Positions 9,490 to 19,113 of a stretch of DNA of 64,000 bases are shown piece by piece (the first letter of the stretch is position 1; each line of letters opens with the position of its first letter). The translations under genes and the position numbers were made by a program. This stretch comes from a virus (lineage: Duplodnaviria; Caudoviricetes), in IMG/VR virus record IMGVR_UViG_2721755587_000001. One strand, written 5' to 3'. The notes beneath the pieces were generated by a model that did no database searches, was not told the origin of the DNA, and saw only the letters and a program-made list of their open reading frames with translations.

Positions 9490-9719
9490 AGGAGATACCT
9501 ACCCCGGTCCACTTGGATTCCGCGCGACTTGATCTCGGCCTCAACTTCCATCAACGAGGCCCGGGTTGAGGACCGGGCGTTGGCTTCCTTGTGGCGGCAT
9601 TCGCCCTCAGCGGCGTTGAAGTAGGACATGTTGCTTGCCAGGTGATGGAACGCTGCGACAATCGCCTCATTGCCTGACACCGTTGGCAGAATCTCCGCCA
9701 GAGTCTGAGTGGTAGTCAT
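9486..9719 (-). CDS. Hypothetical protein
   Basis: 77-aa coupled ORF. Confidence 0.5.
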   Translation of the reverse strand: MTTTQTLAEILPTVSGNEAIVAAFHHLASNMSYFNAAEGECRHKEANARSSTRASLMEVEAEIKSRGIQVDRGRYLL

Positions 9720-10888
9720 GATTGATCCCTTGGGTATTCATCGTGCGCGATACCATCGAGCAGGCGGCCGGCGGCCTTCTTGCCGATGCGCAGCATATGG
9801 TCGTCGCCCTGGCGGAAATGCCCGTCTGGCTCGCGGCCATCGCCGTAGACGTGGATAGCTCTGCCGGCGTGCATCAGATCGCCGAGGAAGCGCAAGTCTT
9901 CTCGTTTCGTGGGCGGTGCCCACTCACCCCATTGCTTAAACAGGAACGGCGTGTCAGCAGCCGCGCACTGGTCGCGAAGGCTGCGGGCCCAGTCCGGATG
10001 CATCGGCCGTGCGCTGGTGCCGCTCTCGCCGCCGACGATTACCCAGTCGAGCAACTTCCGTTCGCTATCGAACTTGAAGCCGTAATCGCGGCTCCAGCCT
10101 CGGACGCTTTCGCATTTGGGGCAGGTATCGCTCACGTCATCGGATGTTCCGTCATCCTTCCCGCACTGGGGGCAACGCGCGCTACCGATTGACCGGTCGT
10201 ACTTGGCTTCGACGCCACAGTCTGCGCACGCGCATGGGCCGCTATCGTTCTCGCTGCCGTGGTGGCCGCAGTCCGAGCATGTCCATGGGTCAAGCCACTT
10301 AGAAATATCGACGGGGCCAAGTAGTGGTTCCATCGACAGGAATCGCACGCACGCAGGCACCGCCAGCAGCTTGGGGATGTCGCGGTCGGCTTCCTCCTGG
10401 TTGCAGATCGTCGCGCCGAGCCAGACGTTCACCGGCCACTCGCCTTGCCCCCAAATGGATTGCCAGCCTTCGCCGTAGTCGATCAGGTCGGTAGCCTCGG
10501 GGACCATTGCAGCGACGTTGCCGATCCGCTTGGTCAGCAGAAGCCAATCCAGATTGGGCGTGGCCTCGATCAGTTTGAACAGGTCCGCGCGCCAGGCCGG
10601 ATCCACAGCGTTGTCGAACACGTCCGCCAGGCTGGCGCAGAAGACCCGACGACGGCGGCCGTTCGCGGCGAAGAACTCGGCGTGCTGCGCGTTCCAGCGT
10701 CGTGGTAGCTTCCAGTTGTCCGGGGAAGTACGGTGGCGATTTTCCTTAGCGCCCCAGGCCACGCGCAGCGTCCGGGCCGGGGTAGATACCTCGGCATAGC
10801 AGTGGTCGCACGCGGGCGACACCTTGGTGCAGCCGATCCACGGGTTGAACGTGGCGTCGGTCCACTCAATCTTTGTGCTTTCGCTCAT
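9716..10888 (-). CDS. Phage Gp37/Gp68 (DUF5131) family protein with a zinc-finger insert
   Basis: TKIEWTD.TFNPWIGCTKVSPACDHCYA, LLLTKR, SMEPLLG, WVIVGGESG, FKQWG. Confidence 0.9.
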   Translation of the reverse strand: MSESTKIEWTDATFNPWIGCTKVSPACDHCYAEVSTPARTLRVAWGAKENRHRTSPDNWKLPRRWNAQHAEFFAANGRRRRVFCASLADVFDNAVDPAWRADLFKLIEATPNLDWLLLTKRIGNVAAMVPEATDLIDYGEGWQSIWGQGEWPVNVWLGATICNQEEADRDIPKLLAVPACVRFLSMEPLLGPVDISKWLDPWTCSDCGHHGSENDSGPCACADCGVEAKYDRSIGSARCPQCGKDDGTSDDVSDTCPKCESVRGWSRDYGFKFDSERKLLDWVIVGGESGTSARPMHPDWARSLRDQCAAADTPFLFKQWGEWAPPTKREDLRFLGDLMHAGRAIHVYGDGREPDGHFRQGDDHMLRIGKKAAGRLLDGIAHDEYPRDQS

Positions 10889-11106
10889 CCTTGATCCTGT
10901 GCATCGTCGCCGGGGTCCCCGGGCATGTTCGCTGGAATATCGCTGGCAATCCATCGGTAGATGGCTTCGCGCATACGGGCCATGCCGCCTTCGTTGTGAA
11001 CCGGAAGGCCGGCCTCGCCCGGGTACTCCTCCCGGGCGATCCGATCCAGTTCGGTCAATAGGCGGTCGCATAGCTCCGGCCAGCGCAAAAGGTCCTCGAT
11101 TCGCAT
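10885..11106 (-). CDS. Hypothetical protein
   Basis: Short coupled ORF. Confidence 0.45.
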   Translation of the reverse strand: MRIEDLLRWPELCDRLLTELDRIAREEYPGEAGLPVHNEGGMARMREAIYRWIASDIPANMPGDPGDDAQDQG

Positions 11107-11147
11107 GACGCTCCCCTTGGCCCGCTTGGACGGCGGGCGACTCTTAG

Positions 11148-12317
11148 TCACTGCATGTCAAAGGAACGCTGCTGCCTTTGCCGGCGAGGCTGGGCAGAGT
11201 CTTGCTGTGCGCTCGCGTTCGGTTGGCGCTTCGCTGCGATTGCGTCCTCGATCTGGACCTTCTGTTCGAGTGGGAGGCTGCGAGCGATGTCGTTGGCGGT
11301 GTCGAAGTCGCCAGATTTGACAGCGTCCATGGCGATGGCCAACATGTCCGGCGCATCCTTTTTTGAGCCGGCCGGCTCCGAAGAGGCTGTAGCGGAGCCG
11401 ACGGTGGTGGTTTCCAGCTCGCTCTCGGTAGCGGTCGCAGTGGTCCTAGCGACGGGATTGGGCTCAACCGTCGTAGCACCCGCGTTCTTTTCGGACTGTG
11501 GGGCGGCGCTTGGCGCTGAGGTAGAGCGGGTGGCGTCGAATTCGGCCGCATACTTGCCGTCCGGCTGCTTCACCACATCAATGATGTCTTCATGCTCCTC
11601 CGTGGTCTTGCCCATGCCCATGACGATGTCAGGAGCATGGGTGTCGCCGAAAAAGGAGCCGGAACGATAGATCAACATCAGGTCACGCAGACTGGTCTGC
11701 CATTTGCTGCCAGGCTTGGCGTACCAGCCTTCTTCGACGGCCATCTTCATACTGACGGGGACAGACTCGACCAGCTCGTCAGTCTTCTTGCCATCCTCGA
11801 TGCGGTAAGCCCAGGCCACGCATTCGATATCGTCCACTGTGACCTCGCGCTCAGCCATGTCATAACGGCGAAGCTCGTCGTTCCAGCCAGTCTTCTCAAG
11901 GTACTTGGCCGAGATACGCCCCCGGTTCGTGATGCGAAAGCGAAGACGCGTGAACAGCCCGGACGCGTTGATAGCAGCAATCTTGAACTTGCCACTCCAA
12001 CGAAGCTTGCCCTCGATGATGTCGGCGTTCTGCATTACCGCAGTGATCGACATGCCGACGGTCTGGGCCGTCTCGATTGCCACCAGGCAATTGCCGAATG
12101 CCGAAGGGTTCTCGATCTCAGTGACCTTCCCATTGACCTTCTTTTCGATGAACTGGCGAAACTGAGCCGGCACAGCGTTGGAGGTCTGGTATGCATTGGC
12201 GATCCGCTGCGCCAACGCGAAACCTCGGCCAGTGAACAGGTCCAACCGTACATCCTGGTTTGCGGGAAGAGCGAGGGAACTCTCGCGAAGTTGGTTGACG
12301 TCGGCTTGATTGCCCAT
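11148..12317 (-). CDS. RecT/Red-beta-like single-strand annealing protein
   Basis: VPAQFR..GNCLVA...VMQN..II.GK, MAV.EGW..K.GSKW, ML.YR; adjacent to a nuclease. Confidence 0.7.
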   Translation of the reverse strand: MGNQADVNQLRESSLALPANQDVRLDLFTGRGFALAQRIANAYQTSNAVPAQFRQFIEKKVNGKVTEIENPSAFGNCLVAIETAQTVGMSITAVMQNADIIEGKLRWSGKFKIAAINASGLFTRLRFRITNRGRISAKYLEKTGWNDELRRYDMAEREVTVDDIECVAWAYRIEDGKKTDELVESVPVSMKMAVEEGWYAKPGSKWQTSLRDLMLIYRSGSFFGDTHAPDIVMGMGKTTEEHEDIIDVVKQPDGKYAAEFDATRSTSAPSAAPQSEKNAGATTVEPNPVARTTATATESELETTTVGSATASSEPAGSKKDAPDMLAIAMDAVKSGDFDTANDIARSLPLEQKVQIEDAIAAKRQPNASAQQDSAQPRRQRQQRSFDMQ

Positions 12318-12346
12318 GGTGGTTCCTCAGTTTTTTGGTATGGTGG

Positions 12347-13183
12347 TTATGCGTGGTAGGGGCAGCGCGGGTAACCAGCACACCACGTCTTGGTGCAGGT
12401 GAAAGCGCCGGGGTTTGGTCGGAAGAGCCCGTCCTTCAATGTCTTGGCCGCCATTTCAATCATTCCGACATACCCTTCCTTTCCGAGGAGGGCGGTCTTG
12501 ACGTCAGGGATGTCTGCTGCCGCAATGGGGGCTTCTTTGGTCGTGCTCAGGCCCACGATCTCGGCTGGGGCCTCCAACTGCTCGTTGAGAGCGACTTCTG
12601 CCATCAGCGTGTAGATGCCGACCTGCAGGTGGTGCGCGCCGATGGCCGCGCGCCTGGTGCCGTCGTCGTTCTTCTCGGTGGCCTGCTTACCGGACTTCAG
12701 GTCCGTGACGCCACGCCGCAGATCCGGTAGCTCGCGGACCCGGTCGATCGTCCCCGTGGTACGCACTACCCCGTAGTCGGTCCGGATGTCCAACGCCGCG
12801 CAGCGAGTCTCGATCGCGACGTAGTGCCTGGTCGGTGCGAATTCGTTGCAGTACTTCGTCGTGAGCTTGATGACGATGGCCTCAGCGTCCTTGAAGTCCT
12901 TCACGTCATCCCAGGCAACCTCTTCCTCCGGGTTATGAAGGGACGCCATGGCGACGGCCACCGCCTCTTCGACGCTTGGTTCCTCGCCACGCAAACGGGC
13001 TGCATCAAAGACGGCCGTTCCAGCGTGGATCGCGGTACCGGTTGCCGCAACGCCTGTTGATGGGATCCGAAGTCCCATGACATTCGAGTAGTACCAGGAC
13101 AACTCGCAGCCGAAGAAACTCTTCCAGCTGGATGCGCGGACAGTGCCGAGGATGTCGCGGACCGCATTCGTGATTTCGCTCAT
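12347..13183 (-). CDS. PD-(D/E)XK RecB/Cas4-like exonuclease
   Basis: GTAIH, GTIDR..DLKSG, QVGIY; C-terminal C...WC..C cluster. Confidence 0.82.
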   Translation of the reverse strand: MSEITNAVRDILGTVRASSWKSFFGCELSWYYSNVMGLRIPSTGVAATGTAIHAGTAVFDAARLRGEEPSVEEAVAVAMASLHNPEEEVAWDDVKDFKDAEAIVIKLTTKYCNEFAPTRHYVAIETRCAALDIRTDYGVVRTTGTIDRVRELPDLRRGVTDLKSGKQATEKNDDGTRRAAIGAHHLQVGIYTLMAEVALNEQLEAPAEIVGLSTTKEAPIAAADIPDVKTALLGKEGYVGMIEMAAKTLKDGLFRPNPGAFTCTKTWCAGYPRCPYHA

Positions 13184-13359
13184 TGTGTCGCTCCAGTAGC
13201 AGACAGCATGGCGAGATCCGTCTGCACGCGGCGTGCGCGCGCATGGAGGTCCTCCCGCTCATGGATAAGGGTCCGGTGCTCACGCTCGTTGCCTCGCAAC
13301 TCCGATTCGAGCCACGAGGCGGCGAGCTTGAGCCACCAGCGTTTGACGATCCTGCGCAT
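13180..13359 (-). CDS. Hypothetical protein (first gene of the leftward operon)
   Basis: Short ORF downstream of operator 13398. Confidence 0.45.
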   Translation of the reverse strand: MRRIVKRWWLKLAASWLESELRGNEREHRTLIHEREDLHARARRVQTDLAMLSATGATQ

Positions 13360-13501
13360 CACATTCGCTCCTTTGCCTAGACGATATGAGCTTAGAATAG
13401 CCACATAAGGCTATCTTGGCAAGAACTTTATTATGCGTATGTGGCTAGCTAGGGTGGGGCGGGAAGTACGCTTAGAGGGGTGTGAAAAATACGAAGTAAC
13501 A

Positions 13502-13531
13502 AAGAAGCCGCGACCGGCGCGGCTTCTTTTT
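13502..13531. terminator. Intrinsic terminator (possibly bidirectional)
   Basis: AAGAAGCCGCG-accgg-CGCGGCTTCTTTTT. Confidence 0.7.
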
Positions 13532-13721
13532 AGGCTTATCCTCCTAACGGAGGGTGCATCTTGGCTAAGGTAGGGAGGGGGATTCCCAAGACTCTTCGCC
13601 TGGTGCCATGAGTTCTCATGGCACAGCCTCAATCACCCAGGAGCTGGGGTGAAAGCTATTGGTAAGCAACTACCTAATTGGATCGCGAGTGGAACCCGCC
13701 GACACAATGAAGACTGAAACT

Positions 13722-14207
13722 TCACTTGCGAGTTCGTCTGACCCTCTTCGTAGCTGGCTGACCAGAGGGTTCTGTGGCATGACTTTGAGATGTCTTCCCT
13801 CGCGTGATTTGCTTAGTTACCGAGGGTTCTACCTTAGTAATCAACTCTGACGGCTCATGAGGAGTGGGGCTACTTCTAAACTCTTGCTCGTTGATTACAT
13901 GCTTTATAAAGGCCTCGACTCGAGCCTTCTCATAGTCAGGTAGCCGCGCGTAGCGATCCATCTCATAGTTTATGCCGGCAGAGTCCTGTCGTATAAGTTC
14001 GCCTGGATCTCGACCAAAGGCGAGACCTAGAGCTTCGAGAATGTCGATGGTGGCTGAGACCTTTCCATTCAAGACTCGGCCGATCGTCGTCTGCCCAAGG
14101 CCCGAAGCATCCGCGACCTTCATCTGAGTGTCTAGATCTGGCCGCTGTGCCATCCATCGGGCCAGCGTCGTCGCCAAAACCATACGGATTGGTTGATGTT
14201 TGTCCAT
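13722..14207 (-). CDS. CI-like XRE HTH repressor
   Basis: TQMKVADASGLGQTTIGRVLNG HTH; divergent from a Cro-like gene; AT-richer. Confidence 0.8.
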   Translation of the reverse strand: MDKHQPIRMVLATTLARWMAQRPDLDTQMKVADASGLGQTTIGRVLNGKVSATIDILEALGLAFGRDPGELIRQDSAGINYEMDRYARLPDYEKARVEAFIKHVINEQEFRSSPTPHEPSELITKVEPSVTKQITRGKTSQSHATEPSGQPATKRVRRTRK

Positions 14208-14414
14208 GGTGATCTAAGAATTTTTAAATTTTAGGTATAGCCACACAAGGCGCATTATAGCCGCGTTCCGTGTGCTCTAAATTGCTCACGAAACTTTTCA
14301 ACCAATCTTGCATGGATAGCCATATAGGACTAAACTTAGGCGTGGTGGCCTTAGTGGCGTGTGGCTATATGTCATTCTATGGTGCGCGCAACGTATACAA
14401 AAGGGAATTCGAAG

Positions 14415-14720
14415 ATGCAGACTCCAGAACCCATGCTGGACTTTGTGATGCGCAAGCATGACGTCTACTACCACCGGAAGCGCGAAGAACTTTCCGCGAA
14501 GAGTGGGGTCCCGCGTCACACGCTCAACAAAGTCCTGCAGGGCCGCACCAAGCAGCCTCTCGCCAGCACGGTGCAGAGGATCTACGACGTCCTCGTAGCT
14601 GCAGAACGCTCGGCAAAGCGAAAGGTGCACAAGAGCGGATCAAATATGGCGGATTTTCTCGCGCAAGAGGCGGCAAAGCGTCTTGGCAACGCGGGACAGG
14701 CCGTTTGCGATGCCCCATGA
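14415..14720 (+). CDS. Cro-like HTH regulator
   Basis: EELSAKSGVPRHTLNKVLQGRTKQP; divergent from the repressor. Confidence 0.7.
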   Translation: MQTPEPMLDFVMRKHDVYYHRKREELSAKSGVPRHTLNKVLQGRTKQPLASTVQRIYDVLVAAERSAKRKVHKSGSNMADFLAQEAAKRLGNAGQAVCDAP

Positions 14721-14871
14721 ACACCGACGTAGCAACTAACCTCTTTCGTCAGAGAACCGCTGAACAGAAGACGGTCTATGGTTGGCCCACCAGGTATTGC
14801 GCCTTGTGCAAGCGCAGCCGCTCTGTTGGCCAGTTCGACGCTGCCAAGGTGGTCTGTCGGAGGCACGCGTA

Positions 14872-15120
14872 ATGCGCGCCTACCTTTCCCGGTTCTGGCT
14901 CTACAGGTGGGTCGCCTATTGTTTAGCCTATCTGGCGGTGTACTGCTTCTTTCTTGTCGACTGCTTCCGATTTGCTTTTCACGGAGCTCGACATGGCGTC
15001 CTCGATGCGGTTGACGAACTGAGGAGCCAAGTACGGACTGTTACCTGGGTATCTGGCGAGATCGAAAGCGCCTACCGGCGCGACAACGGAGATGGAAATG
15101 AACGGAAAAAGGCAACGTGA
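14872..15120 (+). CDS. Small membrane-associated hypothetical protein
   Basis: Hydrophobic N-terminus; coupled ORF. Confidence 0.4.
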   Translation: MRAYLSRFWLYRWVAYCLAYLAVYCFFLVDCFRFAFHGARHGVLDAVDELRSQVRTVTWVSGEIESAYRRDNGDGNERKKAT

Positions 15121-15340
15121 CGTGATCCTCAGCCATCTGCGCCGCGCGGGCAAGCGCGGTGTCACCCTCCAGCACTTGCGTGACGAGTACAAGATCGCCA
15201 CGCCGAATGCTCGCATCAGCGAGCTCAAGCAGCAGGGCATCAATATCCAGAAGCGCTTTCAAGAAGTCGTCCACGACGGCTGGCGTACCCGTGAGATGGT
15301 CTACACCCTCGGCCGCCCGGTTCGCGCGAGCGCCGGCTAA
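15092..15340 (+). CDS. Winged-HTH protein
   Basis: QRDVILSHL...ARISELKQQGINI. Confidence 0.65.
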   Translation: MEMNGKRQRDVILSHLRRAGKRGVTLQHLRDEYKIATPNARISELKQQGINIQKRFQEVVHDGWRTREMVYTLGRPVRASAG

Positions 15341-15697
15341 ATCGAATGGCTTTTCTGCGGTCTTGAGTAGCCACATACGACTAAAAAGCGCCGTATGTGA
15401 GCGCGACAACCGCTCTTCCAAAGCCCCGGTGCTCGCAAGGTACCGGGATCCGCTGATCCGTAGTGTGCCTATGGAGGGGCGGCGAAACCGGCAACGGACG
15501 CACCCTGAGTTACGGCGGGGCTTGCACGCCCCTCTCCCTAGGCGCGGAGACTCCCACGTGGATTACGAATTGGCCGGCAACCGACCTGGTTGGCGGACCT
15601 TCCCCCATCAGCGAACTCTTTCTCCCATGCCATTGTCTTGCTGGCTATGCGCTGGCCTAGCCGTGTCTATGGCGTTCCCACTTGCTCACGGTGCGGC

Positions 15698-17026
15698 ATG
15701 AATTACTACGAGCGCTACGTGGGTGACATCCAACGGGACACCGGGCACCTCTCCTGCGCAGCCATGGGCGTGTATGACCGCCTGCTGGACCACTACTATG
15801 CGACGGAGCGGGCCCTGCCTGCCGACATCGATGCGCTCTGTCGCATCGCACGTGCGATGGATGCGACAGAGCGCAAGGCTGTAGAGGATGTAGTGCGCGA
15901 GTTCTTCCAGCTCGAGGGCGATAGCCTCTATCACCAGCACCGTACCGACGCTGAAATTACCAAGGCGCAGTCCCGCATTGAGGCGGCCCAGGAGAATGGG
16001 AAGCAGGGCGGCAAGGCGACAGCGAAGAAGCATCAGAGCGTCGCATCGCCTGGGTCGCTATATGCGATACGACTGTCGCATGCGACGGTCAAGGTGGGCG
16101 TCAGCACCAATTTCCGAAGCAGGTTGCATCAGCATCGAAAGAAGATTGGTCACCATGTGACCATGGTCCACGTTGTCGCTGTGGATAACATGGGCGAGGC
16201 CTTTGCCGGCCTGAAGAAATCCCTTGGTATTCAGGATGATGCGGACACCTTCGCGCTAGAGGTAGCGCACGAGTCCACCCTTAAATCCTTCATGGATCTC
16301 TATTTGTCGCATACCCAATCCTATGCGACTGGCAATGCGAGTCGCATTGCCAGTCGCACGGCCCACCACACGCCATACACCATTACTACTAGTAGAGAAG
16401 ATAGTGGTGATATGGAAGGCAGTAGCAAGAGCGATGCGACATGCGACTTCACATCACACTTGCTGAATGCGACAACAGGTGAAGCCAACCCGAGGGACGT
16501 CCAACTGGCGATCCTGCTGCGGAAGGGGTATGGGATGGACGCCAGCAGCGGCTCGGTTGAGGTGATCGAGATGGTTCAGCTCGCAGTTTCCGATCGCGAG
16601 ATCCTGGATGCAGTCGAGAATTTCCGGATCAAGAAGCCTGGCGATACGCCCAATGCCAGCTACATCCTGAAGATGATCAAGAGCGTCCGGGAGAAGGCTG
16701 CAAAGGCTGCGGCGGCGGCCAACGGCACTGCATCGAGCGGCGGTGCGCCCGCGCCGGCAAGCACGGACTGGTGGCATTTGGAGGAGGGCGTTCGGACCAA
16801 GGCAGTCGAGTTCAACGTTGTGCAACGCGTCGACAAGAACGAGCACTACCGGTCCTTTCGCATTCGGGTTTTCAAAGCCGCAGGTGAGGGCCCCTGGCGA
16901 GAGGCGGCACTCAGCGAAGCGGCACGCGATAACTCCGAGGAGCACGCTCGCGTCTTTGGGTATTTCTACGACCAGCCACCGGCTCAGATCGGTCAACTCG
17001 CGCAACGGGCGCAAGAGGCGGCATGA
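15698..17026 (+). CDS. DUF1376/YdaU-like replication initiator with an internal GIY-YIG-like segment
   Basis: MNYYERYVGD..RDT.HLS...GVY.RLLD.YY; internal LYAIR...VKVG.S.N...RL.QH. Confidence 0.8.
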   Translation: MNYYERYVGDIQRDTGHLSCAAMGVYDRLLDHYYATERALPADIDALCRIARAMDATERKAVEDVVREFFQLEGDSLYHQHRTDAEITKAQSRIEAAQENGKQGGKATAKKHQSVASPGSLYAIRLSHATVKVGVSTNFRSRLHQHRKKIGHHVTMVHVVAVDNMGEAFAGLKKSLGIQDDADTFALEVAHESTLKSFMDLYLSHTQSYATGNASRIASRTAHHTPYTITTSREDSGDMEGSSKSDATCDFTSHLLNATTGEANPRDVQLAILLRKGYGMDASSGSVEVIEMVQLAVSDREILDAVENFRIKKPGDTPNASYILKMIKSVREKAAKAAAAANGTASSGGAPAPASTDWWHLEEGVRTKAVEFNVVQRVDKNEHYRSFRIRVFKAAGEGPWREAALSEAARDNSEEHARVFGYFYDQPPAQIGQLAQRAQEAA

Positions 17027-17991
17027 AGGCGCACATGGGCATTCCGGCCGGCCAGCGTAACGCGGAGGTGGGAGGCGAGCTCGTCATGCGGGTCGGAATC
17101 CCGCACAAGGGCGGAAAGCTGGCATTCCACGCCTTCAACGAAGGGTTCCCGGCCATGGTCAGCGCAAATGCCTTCTGGAATCCAGCGGCTGGGGGCTTCC
17201 AGTTCCCTCGGGCGACGGACGTCTCGGAACTGGACTTCGCGATGGATAGCGCTGGCTATACCGCGATGAAGATGTGGCAGTCGAAGGGGCAACAGCGGGG
17301 CATGGCGGGTATCTTCCCCTGGACGTACTCGCAATACATCGAGTTCGCGACGCAGTCCGGAGCATCCTGGTGGTCGCAGCCCGATCTGTGCTGCGAGCCC
17401 GAAATTGCCCACAACCAGGAGGAAATCGACTTCCGGATAAATGCCACGGCTACCCTGCTGGAGGGGGTGCTGCGCATTCTCTATGAGTGGCAGAACGAGC
17501 TCGCGAGGACCTGCTCCTCCGCTGTCGTCGCTCATATGCTGAAGCCGCCTGTTCCAGTTCTCCAGGGGTGGTCAGCAGGCGACTACAGGCGCAGCCTGGA
17601 GTTGCTCAACGCCGTTTGGGAAAGATGGCAGCCATGGCTGGCCACGCCGGCGCTCATCGGCGTTGGCTCGGTGTGCCGGCGGACCCTGAAGCACCCAACC
17701 CACGGACTCTTCTCAGTTCTGTCAGCGCTGGAGGGTAATTTGCCTACCGGGTCGCGGCTTCACCTCTTCGGCGTGAAGGGGGCTTGCCTGGCAGAACTCA
17801 AAATGCTCGACTGGGTCGCGTCCGCCGACTCGATGGCCTACGACTATGGGGCGAGAGTGAAGGCGCACCAGACTGGGATCTCGAACTCGATCGCGCACCG
17901 GTCTACGGAGATGAGTCGATGGATGTCGACAGCCTCGGACCTCGTGAGGCCGGCCGCCGGCGATCAGTTCCGTCTGAACCTCTTTGGGTGA
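17023..17991 (+). CDS. DpdA/TGT-like 7-deazaguanine DNA transglycosylase
   Basis: MDSAGY, DLCCEP, PVLQGW, IGVGSVCRR, LHLFGVK, SADSMAY motifs of the TGT-like barrel. Confidence 0.75.
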   Translation: MKAHMGIPAGQRNAEVGGELVMRVGIPHKGGKLAFHAFNEGFPAMVSANAFWNPAAGGFQFPRATDVSELDFAMDSAGYTAMKMWQSKGQQRGMAGIFPWTYSQYIEFATQSGASWWSQPDLCCEPEIAHNQEEIDFRINATATLLEGVLRILYEWQNELARTCSSAVVAHMLKPPVPVLQGWSAGDYRRSLELLNAVWERWQPWLATPALIGVGSVCRRTLKHPTHGLFSVLSALEGNLPTGSRLHLFGVKGACLAELKMLDWVASADSMAYDYGARVKAHQTGISNSIAHRSTEMSRWMSTASDLVRPAAGDQFRLNLFG

Positions 17992-17994
17992 AGT

Positions 17995-18249
17995 ATGAGC
18001 AGGTGCGTTGCATGCGAAAACTGGACCCTGAAGCCTCGCAAGGATGCGGCCGATCCCCGGCTGGCTGAGGAGGATCTTGCGCACGCGAGAATTGGCTGGG
18101 GACGGTGCTTACGAGATGAGTTAAGCCGACGTTGGCACCCCGGCGAGAGCGAGCGCTACTGCGATAGGCATATCCCGATAGTTGAGGAAAAGGTTGCTGA
18201 GCGCCGGGAGTGGATTCAAAAGCAAGGAAAAAAATCCGACCAAGAATAG
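17995..18249 (+). CDS. Hypothetical Cys-containing protein
   Basis: 84-aa ORF. Confidence 0.5.
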   Translation: MSRCVACENWTLKPRKDAADPRLAEEDLAHARIGWGRCLRDELSRRWHPGESERYCDRHIPIVEEKVAERREWIQKQGKKSDQE

Positions 18250-18283
18250 CCACATAGGACTATCAATAGCCTATAATGCATTC

Positions 18284-18712
18284 ATGAGCAGATCGCCGCG
18301 AATGTCCCACGCAGAGTATATGGCGCACCAGCAGCGCGCGAGGGACAAGAAGGTGATTGATGCGGTAAAGCGCTTCCAGGCGCTGGGCCGTCTGCCCAAG
18401 GATCAGAAGAACAAGACCGAGCAAGCCTACGCAGATTTGCTTGATCTGCAGAAGCATCAGGGCTTGATCATCGATTGGAAGTTCCACCCGATGAACGTTC
18501 GCTTGGCCAAGAACACCTTTTACGAGGTGGATTTTCTCGTCCTCACGTCGAGCCTTGTGGTTGAGATTCATGAGACCAAGGGCACGTTCGTGACCGAGAA
18601 AGGCCAGATGAAAATCAAGCTCTGCGCCGAGGCGCTTCCGTGGTTCGTGTTCAAGAAGATCACCAGGTTGCCGGAGAAGCAGGGCGGCGGCTGGGCGATT
18701 GAGGAGTTCTGA
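18284..18712 (+). CDS. DUF1064-like PD-(D/E)XK nuclease
   Basis: NKTE..Y, YEVDF, HETKG. Confidence 0.7.
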   Translation: MSRSPRMSHAEYMAHQQRARDKKVIDAVKRFQALGRLPKDQKNKTEQAYADLLDLQKHQGLIIDWKFHPMNVRLAKNTFYEVDFLVLTSSLVVEIHETKGTFVTEKGQMKIKLCAEALPWFVFKKITRLPEKQGGGWAIEEF

Positions 18713-18846
18713 AGGTGCCGAGCATTCGTGTGGTTTGGTGCGGCATCGGCCGTTGGGGGTTTGGGCTCTGGCGTGCGCCACGCGGCCGGCATGTCTTTGA
18801 GTTCGGTCCGATCGATATCTACATCCTGTGATAGCGGGAGACGCAA

Positions 18847-19113
18847 TTGAAGCAATGCCTTGAATGCCGCCACTACCGTCCCGATCCTCACTTGGGGGGC
18901 GAGGCGGCGCACCTATACGCGCTCTGTGACCGGCCGGGTCGCAAAGGCTCGGAGTATGCCGAGTTTCAGCGTGATCTGCCGTTCCTCTTGGATCTGATCG
19001 CTGGCCAATGTGGGCAGCGCAGCCGCTACTTCGCGCAACGCATTGTCGACCTGCCGCCCGATGCGGAGGGTATCCGCTACCAGTTCCTGACTGCTGAGAC
19101 GGGGGAAGTATGA
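18847..19113 (+). CDS. Hypothetical protein
   Basis: CxxC-containing ORF; ATGA overlap with next gene. Confidence 0.45.
   Translation: MKQCLECRHYRPDPHLGGEAAHLYALCDRPGRKGSEYAEFQRDLPFLLDLIAGQCGQRSRYFAQRIVDLPPDAEGIRYQFLTAETGEV

Noticed and set aside
12347-13183. Cas4 of a CRISPR system
   Set aside because: Paired with a RecT-like gene as a phage recombination module; no array or cas1
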